From: Ignavibacteriota bacterium
Lineage (GTDB): Bacteria > Bacteroidota > Ignavibacteria > Palsa-1295
Assembly: GCA_963787835.1 (NCBI GenBank)
Contig: CAWBEI010000003.1
Coordinates: forward strand, 288,001-352,000
Reading direction: 5' to 3'
DNA: 64,000 nt
Part shown: positions 30,596 to 40,701 of the stretch, one piece after another
Layout: each line of letters opens with the position of its first letter
Numbering within the stretch: position 1 is the first letter of the stretch
Notes under the pieces: generated by a model
Databases searched by the model: none
Seen by the model: the letters and a program-made list of their open reading frames with translations, nothing else
Told to the model about the DNA's origin: nothing
Translations under genes and position numbers: made by a program

Positions 30596-31237
30596 ATGAC
30601 ACTCGAACAAGAAGCAATAGAATTTTTCCTTCGCGAAGAAGTCCTGAAATTTGGAGATTTCACTCTCAAAAGCGGACGTAAATCACCCTACTTTTTTAAT
30701 ACAGGGTCGCTTTGCACTGCGGGGCAGCTTGCCAGAATGGGCGAGCTGTATGCGGCAAAACTCCGCGCCGAAAGCGTGTTCCAAAATGCCGATGTCGTCT
30801 TTGGCTCAGCCTACAAAGGCATCCCTATCGCAGTAGCTACAGCCATCGCGCTTGCGAGTACGGATAGATCGAATATCCGGGCTGTCAGCGACCGGAAAGA
30901 AGCAAAAACGCATGGAGATAAAGGTGGCTTTCTTGGGATTTTGAATCCCGGAGATAACGTCGTGATCGTCGATGATGTCATCGCCACCGGAGGCACAAAG
31001 CTTGAGGCTGTCGAAAAGCTAAAGCAAGCAGGGGCAAATCCGATCGGCCTTATCATCGCGTTTGATCGCGCCGAGCCGGCAGAAGGTTCAAAACTTACGG
31101 CAAAAGAGAATTTCGAAAAAGAGACGAACTTGCCTGTTTTTGCACTGGCGAATATCCATGATGTTGCGCGCCTCCGGCCTGACGTTCGGGAAGCGATGAC
31201 TCGCTATCTCTCTCAATTCGAGGTAATGGCAGAGTAG
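30596..31237 (+). CDS. pyrE: Orotate phosphoribosyltransferase
   Basis: FTLKSGRKSPYFFN, AYKGIP, RKEAKTHG, IVDDVIATG. Confidence 0.96.
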   Translation: MTLEQEAIEFFLREEVLKFGDFTLKSGRKSPYFFNTGSLCTAGQLARMGELYAAKLRAESVFQNADVVFGSAYKGIPIAVATAIALASTDRSNIRAVSDRKEAKTHGDKGGFLGILNPGDNVVIVDDVIATGGTKLEAVEKLKQAGANPIGLIIAFDRAEPAEGSKLTAKENFEKETNLPVFALANIHDVARLRPDVREAMTRYLSQFEVMAE

Positions 31238-31243
31238 GCGCAC

Positions 31244-31573
31244 TTAAGGCGAGAGATCGTTCGCAGATGGCTCCCAGCCTTCCCCACCGCATGGAGTGTA
31301 GTCGATCCGGACATGTTCATCGAGTTTGGTACATAATGCCTCGCGAGGCGCAAGATGTTTACAGGTAGCACAAAGTGCATTTTGATTCGCTCGTCCGATG
31401 GAATTCAAATGCCGTCGCCATGCAAGTTGTGCCGGATAGATAACGACCACCGAAATGGCAATGAAGAACATCGTCCACCAATCGCTATAATTTGGAACAA
31501 AGCTATAGAGCACCCACGCGCCGACAAGTACAAGCGCGAACCGAATAAGACCCCAGTAAATTATTTCTCCCAC
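31244..31573 (-). CDS. Small membrane protein with C-terminal four-Cys motif
   Basis: Two TM helices then CATC...C...C. Confidence 0.7.
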   Translation of the reverse strand: MGEIIYWGLIRFALVLVGAWVLYSFVPNYSDWWTMFFIAISVVVIYPAQLAWRRHLNSIGRANQNALCATCKHLAPREALCTKLDEHVRIDYTPCGGEGWEPSANDLSP

Positions 31574-31612
31574 ACAGAGAACTAAGCCACTTCGAATTGA
31601 AATGATTCGCGT

Positions 31613-31726
31613 ATGAGATCGATTTCTTTTATCAATGCGGTCCCTCGGATCATTGCGGCGATCCTGCTCTTCGTTGTATCGATCATTACCTTGCTAAAAC
31701 GGAAGCGGAAGGGAAAACGAAAATAA
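31613..31726 (+). CDS. Putative 37-aa single-pass membrane protein
   Basis: Hand translation MRSISFINAVPRIIAAILLFVVSIITLLKRKRKGKRK; fills an intergenic gap. Confidence 0.5.
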   Translation: MRSISFINAVPRIIAAILLFVVSIITLLKRKRKGKRK

Positions 31727-31798
31727 CGATGTAACCTGGAATCGCTCCTGCACAACATGTGTTCATTTTTTGCTTCTCAGCATTATTACAAGGTCATT

Positions 31799-32212
31799 AT
31801 GAAAAAGCTTCTCGGAATCAGTATTCTTGTTGTGTGGGGATTAATAGCGATAGGGACAAATAGTTCTTGCTCATCATCCCCTTCTACCCCTTCTGAGCCG
31901 GATACGATCCATCTGGCCTTCCGAACAGCACCACCCTCGTTCACCACTATCAACGGGATTGATACAAGTCAGATCTACCTCACCTGCGGCTGTCCGTTTG
32001 TACTCAATGCAAATAATAGCGGCGGTGATACCTCGGTATTTCAGATCGTCGATCTCGATACCATGACAACCAAGATATCTCCGCACTATCTTCAGATCAA
32101 GATCAAGCCCGGAACACCAAGTGGAACATATAACGCGTGGTATGCATACTGGGCCGTCGATCATTTAGGCGGAACCGACAGAGATACTCTCCAGATCTCT
32201 GCAAAATTTTAA
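31799..32212 (+). CDS. Putative lipoprotein
   Basis: MKKLLG...TNSSC signal and lipobox-like Cys. Confidence 0.7.
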   Translation: MKKLLGISILVVWGLIAIGTNSSCSSSPSTPSEPDTIHLAFRTAPPSFTTINGIDTSQIYLTCGCPFVLNANNSGGDTSVFQIVDLDTMTTKISPHYLQIKIKPGTPSGTYNAWYAYWAVDHLGGTDRDTLQISAKF

Positions 32213-32238
32213 CGGATAGACAAATTCAAACTTTTGCT

Positions 32239-33069
32239 CTATTTGCCCTGAACGCGCGATTTAAAATGCTTCCGAAACCGCTCGGCTGACCATAGACAAA
32301 CATCCCACAGATCGGCCGTAGGCTCGCCGGTTGCCGGAACTGTGTGCATATACGTAGGAGGGCCATACTCTGGAACGAAGGTCAGCGTTTTTTCACCTCG
32401 CACAAGATGGGCTGCAATGATCTGATCCCACCATGATTCGTGCTTATGCACCCTGTCTTTCCATTCATCGGCTCGAGGATCAGGCACTTGCGGACCGTTC
32501 TCAAACCCGACCCGCCCGTGTAAATGGATCGCGCGTCTGGCGGCGATGGCAAGCGCTTCGCTGTGATCTTCAAGCATGGATTCCGTGACGACACACCAAT
32601 GGCTGAAATCGGCATTGATATGAAGATCGGGCAATTCTCGAAGAAGCACCATCGTGTTCATAGGAGAATATAATGGACGTCGCCTGTGTGTTTCGTGAGC
32701 GATCGGAATCCCCAATTCTTCTTCAACACGTAGGGCTTGTTCAAAAAAACGAATGGTCTTACCAAAACTCATCGTATCGCGACCGGCATGTGCCACGATC
32801 CTCAGCGGATCGTATTTCATCGCCTCACCAACTCTGCGCCGGAGTTCTTCTCCATGATCCTGACTCTCGGTGTAAACAATGGCGGTGTATTCCAGACCGT
32901 GGTCGTGAAGCAATTGTTGGAATACTTCGGGAGTAACCGCATTACTTCCTGTGCCAATATCCTGCGGAGCATTTTCAACACCCTGATAGCCTGCCGCACG
33001 TATCCGCGCAAATTGTTCTTCGATTGGGCCCGTCATGCCCCAGAGCGATTTATAGATTTTTAAGTCCAT
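32239..33069 (-). CDS. Sugar phosphate isomerase/epimerase (xylose-isomerase-like TIM barrel)
   Basis: HETHR, DFSHW, HGRVG, PEYGPP motifs. Confidence 0.85.
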   Translation of the reverse strand: MDLKIYKSLWGMTGPIEEQFARIRAAGYQGVENAPQDIGTGSNAVTPEVFQQLLHDHGLEYTAIVYTESQDHGEELRRRVGEAMKYDPLRIVAHAGRDTMSFGKTIRFFEQALRVEEELGIPIAHETHRRRPLYSPMNTMVLLRELPDLHINADFSHWCVVTESMLEDHSEALAIAARRAIHLHGRVGFENGPQVPDPRADEWKDRVHKHESWWDQIIAAHLVRGEKTLTFVPEYGPPTYMHTVPATGEPTADLWDVCLWSAERFRKHFKSRVQGK

Positions 33070-33200
33070 GTCTTTATCTCGATCGTTGATGAATGCGTTG
33101 CTCTAAACATAACCTATTTGAAGGCAGAACTGTTGTCGTATTTTTGTAGGAAACGGCGGTTATTAAATATTAGGATTTCTACCAAAAAATGATACTAAGT

Positions 33201-33218
33201 GGCATGAGCGATCATGTT
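33201..33218. promoter_or_regulatory. Possible operator (dyad CATGAGCGATCATG) upstream of the sugar kinase cluster
   Basis: Near-palindrome with central CG resembling LacI-family operators, in a divergent promoter region. Confidence 0.3.
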
Positions 33219-33230
33219 TAGGTTCTAACC

Positions 33231-34199
33231 ATGGAAAAACAACTCGACCTTATAGGAATCGGCGAATGCCTCGCCGAATTTAGCGATATCGGCAGCGATC
33301 AATTCCAGATCGGTTATTCTGGCGATGTACTTAATGCGCTTTCTGCGGCAGGACGGCTCGGCCTCTCCACAGGCTTAATCTCTGCTATTGGTGACGATCC
33401 ATTCACTTCTGGATTGCGCCAAATTCTTGAAGAAGAGAACATTGACCTCTCACATGCCCCAGTGCTCGAAGGCAAGCCAAATGGAGTTTACTTTCTTTCC
33501 ATTGATGCGATGGGTCTTCCATCCTTCCATTTTCTCCGCGATAATTCGGCTGCCCGAGAGATGTTCCGTTGCCAGCCACTCGCTTCGCTTATCGAATATG
33601 TTAAATCTGCGCGGGCGCTACTGTTCTCCTCGATCCCAATGGCGGTTATCAAGGATCGAGATAAACTCTTCGAATTGCTGTGGGCAGTCAAGGGCGAGAC
33701 CATCCTTGCCTTCGATCTCAATATTCGTCGCGTGCTGTGGAAGGATGTAGAGGAACTTGTTGGCTTGCTCGGCTTGCTTGCTCCTCTTTTGGATGTACTG
33801 TTTATTACGAATGAGGATGATACCATCCTTTTCGGCCCGCGCACGGCCGCGGAAGCACTTGCTGATTATACAAAACGAGGGTTTAAGGAGGTTGTCATCC
33901 GTCGTGGCGGATTGCCAACACTGGTAAGCTCCAATGGCGAAAGTTTCGAGGTACCTGTTCCACATGTCGCAAATATCGTCGATACTACGGGGGCCGGTGA
34001 TGCTTTTGACGCGGGCTATATTGCCGCCATGCTTCGGCAACATCTTTCCTACGAGTGTGCATCCGTAGGCAACGCAACGGCTGCCGTCAGCCTTGAATCA
34101 CGTGGAGGCCGTGCCATCGGATTAACAATTGAGGGAGTCGAAAAACTCTATCGTCCGCTTGTGAAATGGGGCACGTTTCATGTTCCAGCTCGTAGGTAA
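33231..34199 (+). CDS. PfkB-family sugar kinase (KdgK-like)
   Basis: IGECLAE, SGDVLN, FDLNIR, VDTTGAGDAF. Confidence 0.85.
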   Translation: MEKQLDLIGIGECLAEFSDIGSDQFQIGYSGDVLNALSAAGRLGLSTGLISAIGDDPFTSGLRQILEEENIDLSHAPVLEGKPNGVYFLSIDAMGLPSFHFLRDNSAAREMFRCQPLASLIEYVKSARALLFSSIPMAVIKDRDKLFELLWAVKGETILAFDLNIRRVLWKDVEELVGLLGLLAPLLDVLFITNEDDTILFGPRTAAEALADYTKRGFKEVVIRRGGLPTLVSSNGESFEVPVPHVANIVDTTGAGDAFDAGYIAAMLRQHLSYECASVGNATAAVSLESRGGRAIGLTIEGVEKLYRPLVKWGTFHVPARR

Positions 34200-36501
34200 C
34201 GCGCCGCGCATGATCGGTCATGCGCATCTCGATCCGGCATGGATGTGGCGCATGCCGGAAGGCTTAGAAGCATTCGCCGCTACCTGCCGATCGGCTCTCG
34301 ACCGAATTGAGGAATTTCCTGGATTTATTTTTACGGCATCCAGCGCCGCGCATTATGCGTTTGTCGAGGAAACCGATCCGGAATTATTTTCAAGAATTCA
34401 GCAGGCTGTAAAACAAGACCGATGGGCGATAGTTGGAGGATGGTGGGTTGAGCCTGATTGTAATCTGCCAAGTGGTGAAAGTTTTGTTCGGCAAGCATTA
34501 CTTGGGCAACGGTATTTTCAATCTCGCTTTGGAAAGATCGCAACTGTTGGATATAATATCGATAGTTTTGGGCACAACGCAAATCTTCCACAATTGCTTA
34601 GCAAGGCAGGACTAAAATCTTATGTGTTCATGCGTCCTCAGCAGGAGGAAAAACGGCTTGGAGCAGCCTTATTCCGATGGGAGTCGCCGAGCGGAGATCG
34701 AGTAGCAACCTATCGGCTTCCTCTTCACTATTCGAATTGGTTGCATTCGGTTCGCGAGAAGCTCCGGTTACTCCCCTCGTATGAACTTTTCAACCAGGAA
34801 CAACCCTGGATGATCTTTTTCGGTGTTGGGAACCACGGCGGTGGGCCAACGATCGCGCAGCTTCGCGAGATCGAATCCATTCGAAGCGAAGGACAAGCCG
34901 TCGAATATAGTGATCCAGATCGGTTCTTTGCTAATATTGACAGAAACTCTCTTCCCGTTATTAGCGGCGACATGCAACCTCACGCGATCGGTTGTTACAG
35001 CGCCCATAGTGAGATCAAGCGTTTGAACCGTCTCGCCGAGAACACACTTGGACAGGCCGAAGCCGCTCTTGTCTTGCTCAAACTTGTTTTTAATGAGGAC
35101 GCAGCAAAAGAATCACTCCAGCAAGCATGGAAAAATGTTTGCTTTAATCAGTTCCACGATATTCTTGGGGGCGTTGCGATCAAGGAAGCCTGCGACGATG
35201 CGATCACGATGTATAGAGAAGCCATTTCTATTGCCCAGCGCACCATCCGCACGACTTTGCAAAAAATTGCCTCACAGATCGATACCCACGCTCATATCGA
35301 AAATCTTGTCGTATTTAATTTAAGTGCACACGCGAGAGAAGAATGCATCGAATTCGAACTCTGGCATCCAGAGGCAAGTGAGTGCGGTGACATTTTAGCA
35401 TCTGTTAATCTCGTTACAACGAATGGTGAGAAGATTCTGACGCAAAAGATCGAAGCTTCTGGCAAGATCGGTGAAGACCGCGTAAGATTTACTGGAACGG
35501 TAAGCGTCCCTCCGCTCGGATGGAGCACATTTGGGATCGAACGTTCTTTCGAGAAGGAAGCTGAAACAGTACGAGACGTGAAGTTACCATCCTTCTACTC
35601 TCCTGCGATCATTTTTCATGATGATTCTGATACGTGGTCGCATGGCATTCATTCCTTCACTGATTACGAATCCGAATTTGAAGTCAAGTCGGTTCAGATT
35701 ATCGAATGCGGCCCTGTTCGTTCCGGTATTCGTGTTAAAAGCAAAGCGCGGTCATCGCGAATGGAAGAAGAACTATATTTCGAGAACGGAAGCAATATCG
35801 TCAATCTAAGAATATTCCTCGACTGGCATGAACAGCATCGGATGGTAAAAATGCGTTTTCGACATGGATGCGCAGACCCCGTCGCTCATTATGAAATTCC
35901 GTACGCATGGATCGAACGCCCCATTGGACCATATGAATATCCTGGACAATCCTGGCTCGATGTTTCCGAGCGCGATCATTCACGAGGGTTTGCGATCATC
36001 ACGGATTCGAAATATAGTTATTCGGTCGATAAAGAGTATGTCTATATTATTGCTGCTCGAAGCCCACTCTATGCCCACCATGTTCCGCCGCATGAAATGA
36101 GAACCGGCGAACGAGAACGGTATCAGGATCAGGATGAGCAGGAATTTCGAATCCTCCTGATACCCCATAATGGTGAATGGAGTGGCGAGAATATTTCTCG
36201 CCTTCAAAACCCGCTTGTCGTTCATTCAGAATCAGGACATAAAGGTAAACTTCCAAAAACATTTGCCGGACTTGAGCGAAACAGCACCGCTGTGCATGTT
36301 GGAGCGCTGAAAATGGCAGAAGATAGTCATGGGATCATTCTACGAGCCGTGGAACAAGCAGGAGAGACAAGTGAAGCCACGATCAGATTTCCAACGCTTG
36401 GCACCGAATGCCGAACAACTTTCTCTCCATTCGAAATAAAAACGTTCCTTTTTGAGGGTCCGCGCGTTACCGAAGTCGATCTTCTCGAGCGTCCAATATG
36501 A
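34180..36501 (+). CDS. Glycoside hydrolase family 38 (alpha-mannosidase-like), no signal peptide
   Basis: GHAHLDPAWMW, DSFGH nucleophile, GNHGGGPT, NQFHDIL. Confidence 0.92.
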   Translation: MFQLVGNAPRMIGHAHLDPAWMWRMPEGLEAFAATCRSALDRIEEFPGFIFTASSAAHYAFVEETDPELFSRIQQAVKQDRWAIVGGWWVEPDCNLPSGESFVRQALLGQRYFQSRFGKIATVGYNIDSFGHNANLPQLLSKAGLKSYVFMRPQQEEKRLGAALFRWESPSGDRVATYRLPLHYSNWLHSVREKLRLLPSYELFNQEQPWMIFFGVGNHGGGPTIAQLREIESIRSEGQAVEYSDPDRFFANIDRNSLPVISGDMQPHAIGCYSAHSEIKRLNRLAENTLGQAEAALVLLKLVFNEDAAKESLQQAWKNVCFNQFHDILGGVAIKEACDDAITMYREAISIAQRTIRTTLQKIASQIDTHAHIENLVVFNLSAHAREECIEFELWHPEASECGDILASVNLVTTNGEKILTQKIEASGKIGEDRVRFTGTVSVPPLGWSTFGIERSFEKEAETVRDVKLPSFYSPAIIFHDDSDTWSHGIHSFTDYESEFEVKSVQIIECGPVRSGIRVKSKARSSRMEEELYFENGSNIVNLRIFLDWHEQHRMVKMRFRHGCADPVAHYEIPYAWIERPIGPYEYPGQSWLDVSERDHSRGFAIITDSKYSYSVDKEYVYIIAARSPLYAHHVPPHEMRTGERERYQDQDEQEFRILLIPHNGEWSGENISRLQNPLVVHSESGHKGKLPKTFAGLERNSTAVHVGALKMAEDSHGIILRAVEQAGETSEATIRFPTLGTECRTTFSPFEIKTFLFEGPRVTEVDLLERPI

Positions 36502-37850
36502 GGGCTGTAATTGGTATCGATATTGGTTCTTCCGCGATTAAGGCGGTTCTGTTCGACACGGAGGGTATGCTCGAACTTCATTCCGAACATAGAGCACTCA
36601 ACTCTCGAATAGCCGACACTCTTCAGAGTCATTTTGAAGAGAATCCCAAGCTCGTTCGTGCTCAAGTGTTCGACATTCTTCGTTCGTTCGCTCGATTTGC
36701 TCGCGAGAGTGCAATCACAATTGAGGCAATCGCATTCACGGGTCAAATGCATGGCGGCCTGCTCGTCGATGCTAATCTTGACCCGGTAACAAACTTCATC
36801 ACCTGGCAGGATAAACGCGGGGATGAACCTTACGCCCGAAAAAAAAGCTTTGTTGAGAAATTGCGAGCATCCGCTCTAAGTGATCCAACCGGAGTTGGTA
36901 TTCACACAGGATTTTTAATTTCGACATTATTTTGGCTAAAACAGCAGGAAAAAATTCCTTCTCGGACCCAATACGTCCTCGGCATTTACGATTGGCTGAC
37001 AAGCATCCTCGTCGGACGACCAGTCACTGATATATCAAGTGCAGCGGCTTGGGGTATGTTTGACCCGATCGCCAAGGCCTGGCGGACAGACCTCCTGGAT
37101 CTCGCAGGAATTCCTTCATCGCTCTTACCAGATGTTGTAGAGCCGGGCATCGATCTTGGAACTATATCCGCCGCGGTCACGGAGGAACTTGGCTTGACTC
37201 AGGGCATTCACATTCATGCTTCGATCGGCGATACGCAAGCGGCCTATCTTGGCTCTGAATGTAAACCGAATGAGATCCTTCTAAATTTTGGAACCGGCTC
37301 TCAAAGTATGTGGGAAACAACGCGCCTCGAAGCAACTCTGGGCATTGACATTCGCTATCTCCGAAATGGGAGCTATATAGCATGTGCTTCGACGCTGGCT
37401 GGTGGCGAGGCCTATCGCATAGCCGCAAACTTCTTGATGGAAGTTGTTAAACAGTTTACATCGAATGAGATACCGCTCCCCCGGACCCTTGAGATAATGG
37501 ATCGGCTGGCACTGATTTCCAATTCTGACGGAATGACGATTGATCCGATCTTCCGAGGCAGCAAATTTCGAGCGAACTCCGATCGAGGGTCGATTCTTGG
37601 GGTTAGCTCTGATAATTTACATCCTGGCGCGGTCGTTCGAGCACTTGCAGAAGGAATGATCGAAGAGGTCGCTGCTCCGTATTTCAATCGCAATGAAAAC
37701 CAACAATTTGTCGGGATTGTAGGCGAAGGAAGTGGTTTTCGGCGGAATCCTGCTCTTCAGGCTATTGCTCAGGCTCGGTTTGGTCTTCCGATCCGTACTG
37801 GGCGATTTGAAGAGGGTGCGGCTGTTGGGGCAGCAATGTTATGCCTTTAA
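36498..37850 (+). CDS. FGGY-family carbohydrate kinase (sedoheptulokinase-like)
   Basis: GIDIGSS, TGQMHG, ITWQD, GDTQAA, LNFGTGSQ. Confidence 0.82.
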   Translation: MRAVIGIDIGSSAIKAVLFDTEGMLELHSEHRALNSRIADTLQSHFEENPKLVRAQVFDILRSFARFARESAITIEAIAFTGQMHGGLLVDANLDPVTNFITWQDKRGDEPYARKKSFVEKLRASALSDPTGVGIHTGFLISTLFWLKQQEKIPSRTQYVLGIYDWLTSILVGRPVTDISSAAAWGMFDPIAKAWRTDLLDLAGIPSSLLPDVVEPGIDLGTISAAVTEELGLTQGIHIHASIGDTQAAYLGSECKPNEILLNFGTGSQSMWETTRLEATLGIDIRYLRNGSYIACASTLAGGEAYRIAANFLMEVVKQFTSNEIPLPRTLEIMDRLALISNSDGMTIDPIFRGSKFRANSDRGSILGVSSDNLHPGAVVRALAEGMIEEVAAPYFNRNENQQFVGIVGEGSGFRRNPALQAIAQARFGLPIRTGRFEEGAAVGAAMLCL

Positions 37851-38082
37851 TCAGATAAGTTGAATGCCCAGCAAATGACCAAAAAAGTCGAAATTCAAGC
37901 GGAGAGACAATTTTTCTCGTATTTTTGCAAGTCAGTTTTGAATCCTAACCGTAACAACGTAAAAAAATCGGCGCTGTCGCTACTTTCATGGGCGTCATGT
38001 GTTCTTGATATCAAACCCTTTTGCGTAACGGGACCATCAATTTTTTAGCACCGATCTTTCTAAGTTCACGTTGAGTTCATAT

Positions 38083-39744
38083 ATGAAGCGATTCCATTTC
38101 TCATTATCGATCACGGCTTTTTTTTTGGTTACAGCACTTTCGGTAATCGGCTGCAAGGCCCCAACGGTCGATTACCAGCTTTCTCAATTCGCCACCTTGC
38201 GCGTCATGAATTTTTCGCCCAATTGTACGGCGCCGATGGACGTATTTTGGACACTTGCCGGGCAGGCTCGGGCTCCTCAGGCCAATGTTTATAACCTCCA
38301 GTATGGTGCAGCAAGCGTTTATACTAATCTACTTCAGGCTGGCAATTACAATGTTCTTGTCACTCCCCACCTGATCCCGACTGAAAGCGACTTGATGACT
38401 AACATTACCCTTGCTGCGAATCAAAAATATACATTAGTCATCACAAGGCCTACTCAGTCTGGAGCATTCAATACAGCTCTGATACAGGATGGGGTATCTA
38501 ACCCATCTCCGACCCTCACCTACGTTCGCTTCATGAATTTGCAGCCCGGGGTTGGGCCGCTCACGGTTCACGTGAATGATCCCATTACAGGAGCCCAGAT
38601 TAATCCGGTTGCCGACACCTTTGGTCAGGTCAGCTCTTACGTTACTCTGGGTACTGCTCTCGATACCAGCTATACGTTCTTTGTCACAAATTCAAGCAAT
38701 CAGGTCATTGCGCGTCTTGGGTATCAAACATTTACTGCCGGGAATTGCTATAGTTTGGTCTATGCTGGGGATCTGTGTAACACCGTTTTAAATAACCCTG
38801 CCCACAGTACCCAAAGTTCTGACGACACGCTTCGTCTTCGCGCCTTCGACGATAACTCATTGGGAAATGACTTGACTAACCCCGTTACTGCCTCATTCCG
38901 GTATAATATTGTTAATGGCATTGCACCGTTGAATCAGGCTGGGGCTGCCCAAGAGTATTACGATGCTCAACACCCTAATGATACTACACTCGGATTTCTC
39001 GTGAACGGGCAGGGATTCCCAGAATTTTATGGGTATTCCATTCCACCCGTGCCTGCCTTCCGGGGTGGTGGCGAAAATGTTGGTACCTTCGTCAACGGAG
39101 CCCTTGAGGTAAATTACCAAAGTGCCATTGTCCCGAATCCTCTTGTCGTTCAAGCATTTGCAACAAACGCCAATGGCACGTATCAGCAATCTGCTTTCTC
39201 CGCCGGGGGCACGACATACCCACTGAGTGAAACTCCTCTGCTATCAAGCAGTGGATGGAACAAGCCATATACCTTGCTCTTTTACGACACAGTGCCAACT
39301 CCATGGTCTAATTTGGATTCAACTGCAACTTCGAAATTTGAGCTAATTCCGATACCAGATGTATCCAACCCTAACGCTGCTACCATTGTGTTCATCTGTG
39401 GCATCATTCCTCAGAATCCTAATAAATCAACGACTGCCAACTATACCAGTTGGTGGGCAACTAATGCGAGCAATAGCACCACTTATGTTCCACCGAGCAA
39501 TGCACAGAAAGGTCTTTCCAGCGGTCATTCCTCTACGTTAACCATTCCCATTACCGCTGGTTCCACTGCTCAACTGGATGTAATTGACTCGATCGGTGAA
39601 GGTGGATCGGCCACGAACGTGCGAGTTCCAGGTAATTCAACGAGCTTTACAGCCCAGGCCGGTGGAATCTACGAGATCATAAGCTTGGGGACTAAGGTTA
39701 ACCCTCACCTGCTTATCATGCATGTAAACGCAAATCAGCAATAG
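38083..39744 (+). CDS. DUF4397-like lipoprotein
   Basis: Lipobox VIGC, repeated xRxMN(F/L)xP beta units. Confidence 0.7.
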   Translation: MKRFHFSLSITAFFLVTALSVIGCKAPTVDYQLSQFATLRVMNFSPNCTAPMDVFWTLAGQARAPQANVYNLQYGAASVYTNLLQAGNYNVLVTPHLIPTESDLMTNITLAANQKYTLVITRPTQSGAFNTALIQDGVSNPSPTLTYVRFMNLQPGVGPLTVHVNDPITGAQINPVADTFGQVSSYVTLGTALDTSYTFFVTNSSNQVIARLGYQTFTAGNCYSLVYAGDLCNTVLNNPAHSTQSSDDTLRLRAFDDNSLGNDLTNPVTASFRYNIVNGIAPLNQAGAAQEYYDAQHPNDTTLGFLVNGQGFPEFYGYSIPPVPAFRGGGENVGTFVNGALEVNYQSAIVPNPLVVQAFATNANGTYQQSAFSAGGTTYPLSETPLLSSSGWNKPYTLLFYDTVPTPWSNLDSTATSKFELIPIPDVSNPNAATIVFICGIIPQNPNKSTTANYTSWWATNASNSTTYVPPSNAQKGLSSGHSSTLTIPITAGSTAQLDVIDSIGEGGSATNVRVPGNSTSFTAQAGGIYEIISLGTKVNPHLLIMHVNANQQ

Positions 39745-39765
39745 GATTACCAATAAGATAGTGTT

Positions 39766-39800
39766 TCAAAAGCCGGGTTCCATCCCGGCTTTTGACATTT
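39766..39800 (+). terminator. Intrinsic terminator
   Basis: TCAAAAGCCGGG-TTCCAT-CCCGGCTTTTGA. Confidence 0.8.
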
Positions 39801-39804
39801 TAGG

Positions 39805-40485
39805 ATGGACGAATGTTATCCTAATATGGTACCCATAGATTTTGCACTCCTCCTGCTTGGTGGCTTTCTCGGAGAGGAAGTATTACCCACTCTCGAATGG
39901 ACGGCTGGTTCCAAGTTGATCGTCTCCGCCGATAGCGGCGCCGAGCATGCCCGAAAACTTGGACTTCAAGTCAATACCATCATCGGCGACCTCGATTCCA
40001 TCTCTCCAGAAACCCTCCGATTTTTCGAGGATCAGAAAAATCCCAGATGTGTGATTATTCAAGTGCCCGAACAAGAGCATAATGACTTCGAAAAAGCCCT
40101 TAACTATCTGTCTGAGCGATGGAACGGTGCCGTTCGCATTCTCGGAATGACTGACGGGCGCACCGATCATACCCTCTCCAACCTTAGCGTCATGCTCCGA
40201 TATTCCGATAAATTTTCGAGCATCGAAGCCTTCGATGGCGAGTTCATTCATTCCTTTCTCACTACCAAGCATAATCATCGTTCCATCGAGTGCCCCATTG
40301 GCACCACCATTTCACTTATGCCTTATGGAGAAGCTATCGGCGTTACCACCGAAAATCTCCGATATCCACTCTCAAAAGAAACCCTCCGCCTCGGCGAGCG
40401 TGAAGGGCTCAGCAATATATCTACCGCTTCGCCCGTCTCTATCTCGATAGAAAGCGGGGCATTATTAATTAGTATTAAACAGTAA
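39805..40485 (+). CDS. thiN: Thiamine diphosphokinase
   Basis: ADSGA, IIGDLDSI, NDFEKAL, GRTDHTLSN, NLRYPL. Confidence 0.9.
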   Translation: MDECYPNMVPIDFALLLLGGFLGEEVLPTLEWTAGSKLIVSADSGAEHARKLGLQVNTIIGDLDSISPETLRFFEDQKNPRCVIIQVPEQEHNDFEKALNYLSERWNGAVRILGMTDGRTDHTLSNLSVMLRYSDKFSSIEAFDGEFIHSFLTTKHNHRSIECPIGTTISLMPYGEAIGVTTENLRYPLSKETLRLGEREGLSNISTASPVSISIESGALLISIKQ

Positions 40486-40487
40486 AT

Positions 40488-40565
40488 TGTCATTCCCGCG
40501 AAAGCGGGAATCCAGACACCGCAGAAGTAGTAACCCGATGGATTCCCGCTTTCGCGGGAATGACA
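40488..40565. repeat. ATTCCC-N8-GGGAAT doublet palindromic element (dRS3/RPE-like)
   Basis: TGTCATTCCCGCGAAAGCGGGAATCCA...TGGATTCCCGCTTTCGCGGGAATGACA perfect inverted pair. Confidence 0.85.
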
Positions 40566-40642
40566 TATTAAAATCGTTATCCATACTTCAAATTCACGTT
40601 TTAGAAGTCAAGGCACAATCGCCCGTTCATCTGCGTTTCCCC

Positions 40643-40688
40643 AATCCTGTTTTTAATCCTGTTCATCCTGTAAATCGTGGTCAATCCT
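40643..40688 (+). repeat. ATCCTG short tandem repeat, left of ffh
   Basis: AATCCTGT units; 18-mer ATCCTGTAAATCGTGGTC shared with 42852-42869. Confidence 0.65.
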
Positions 40689-40701
40689 ATAAATCTCAGT
40701 C

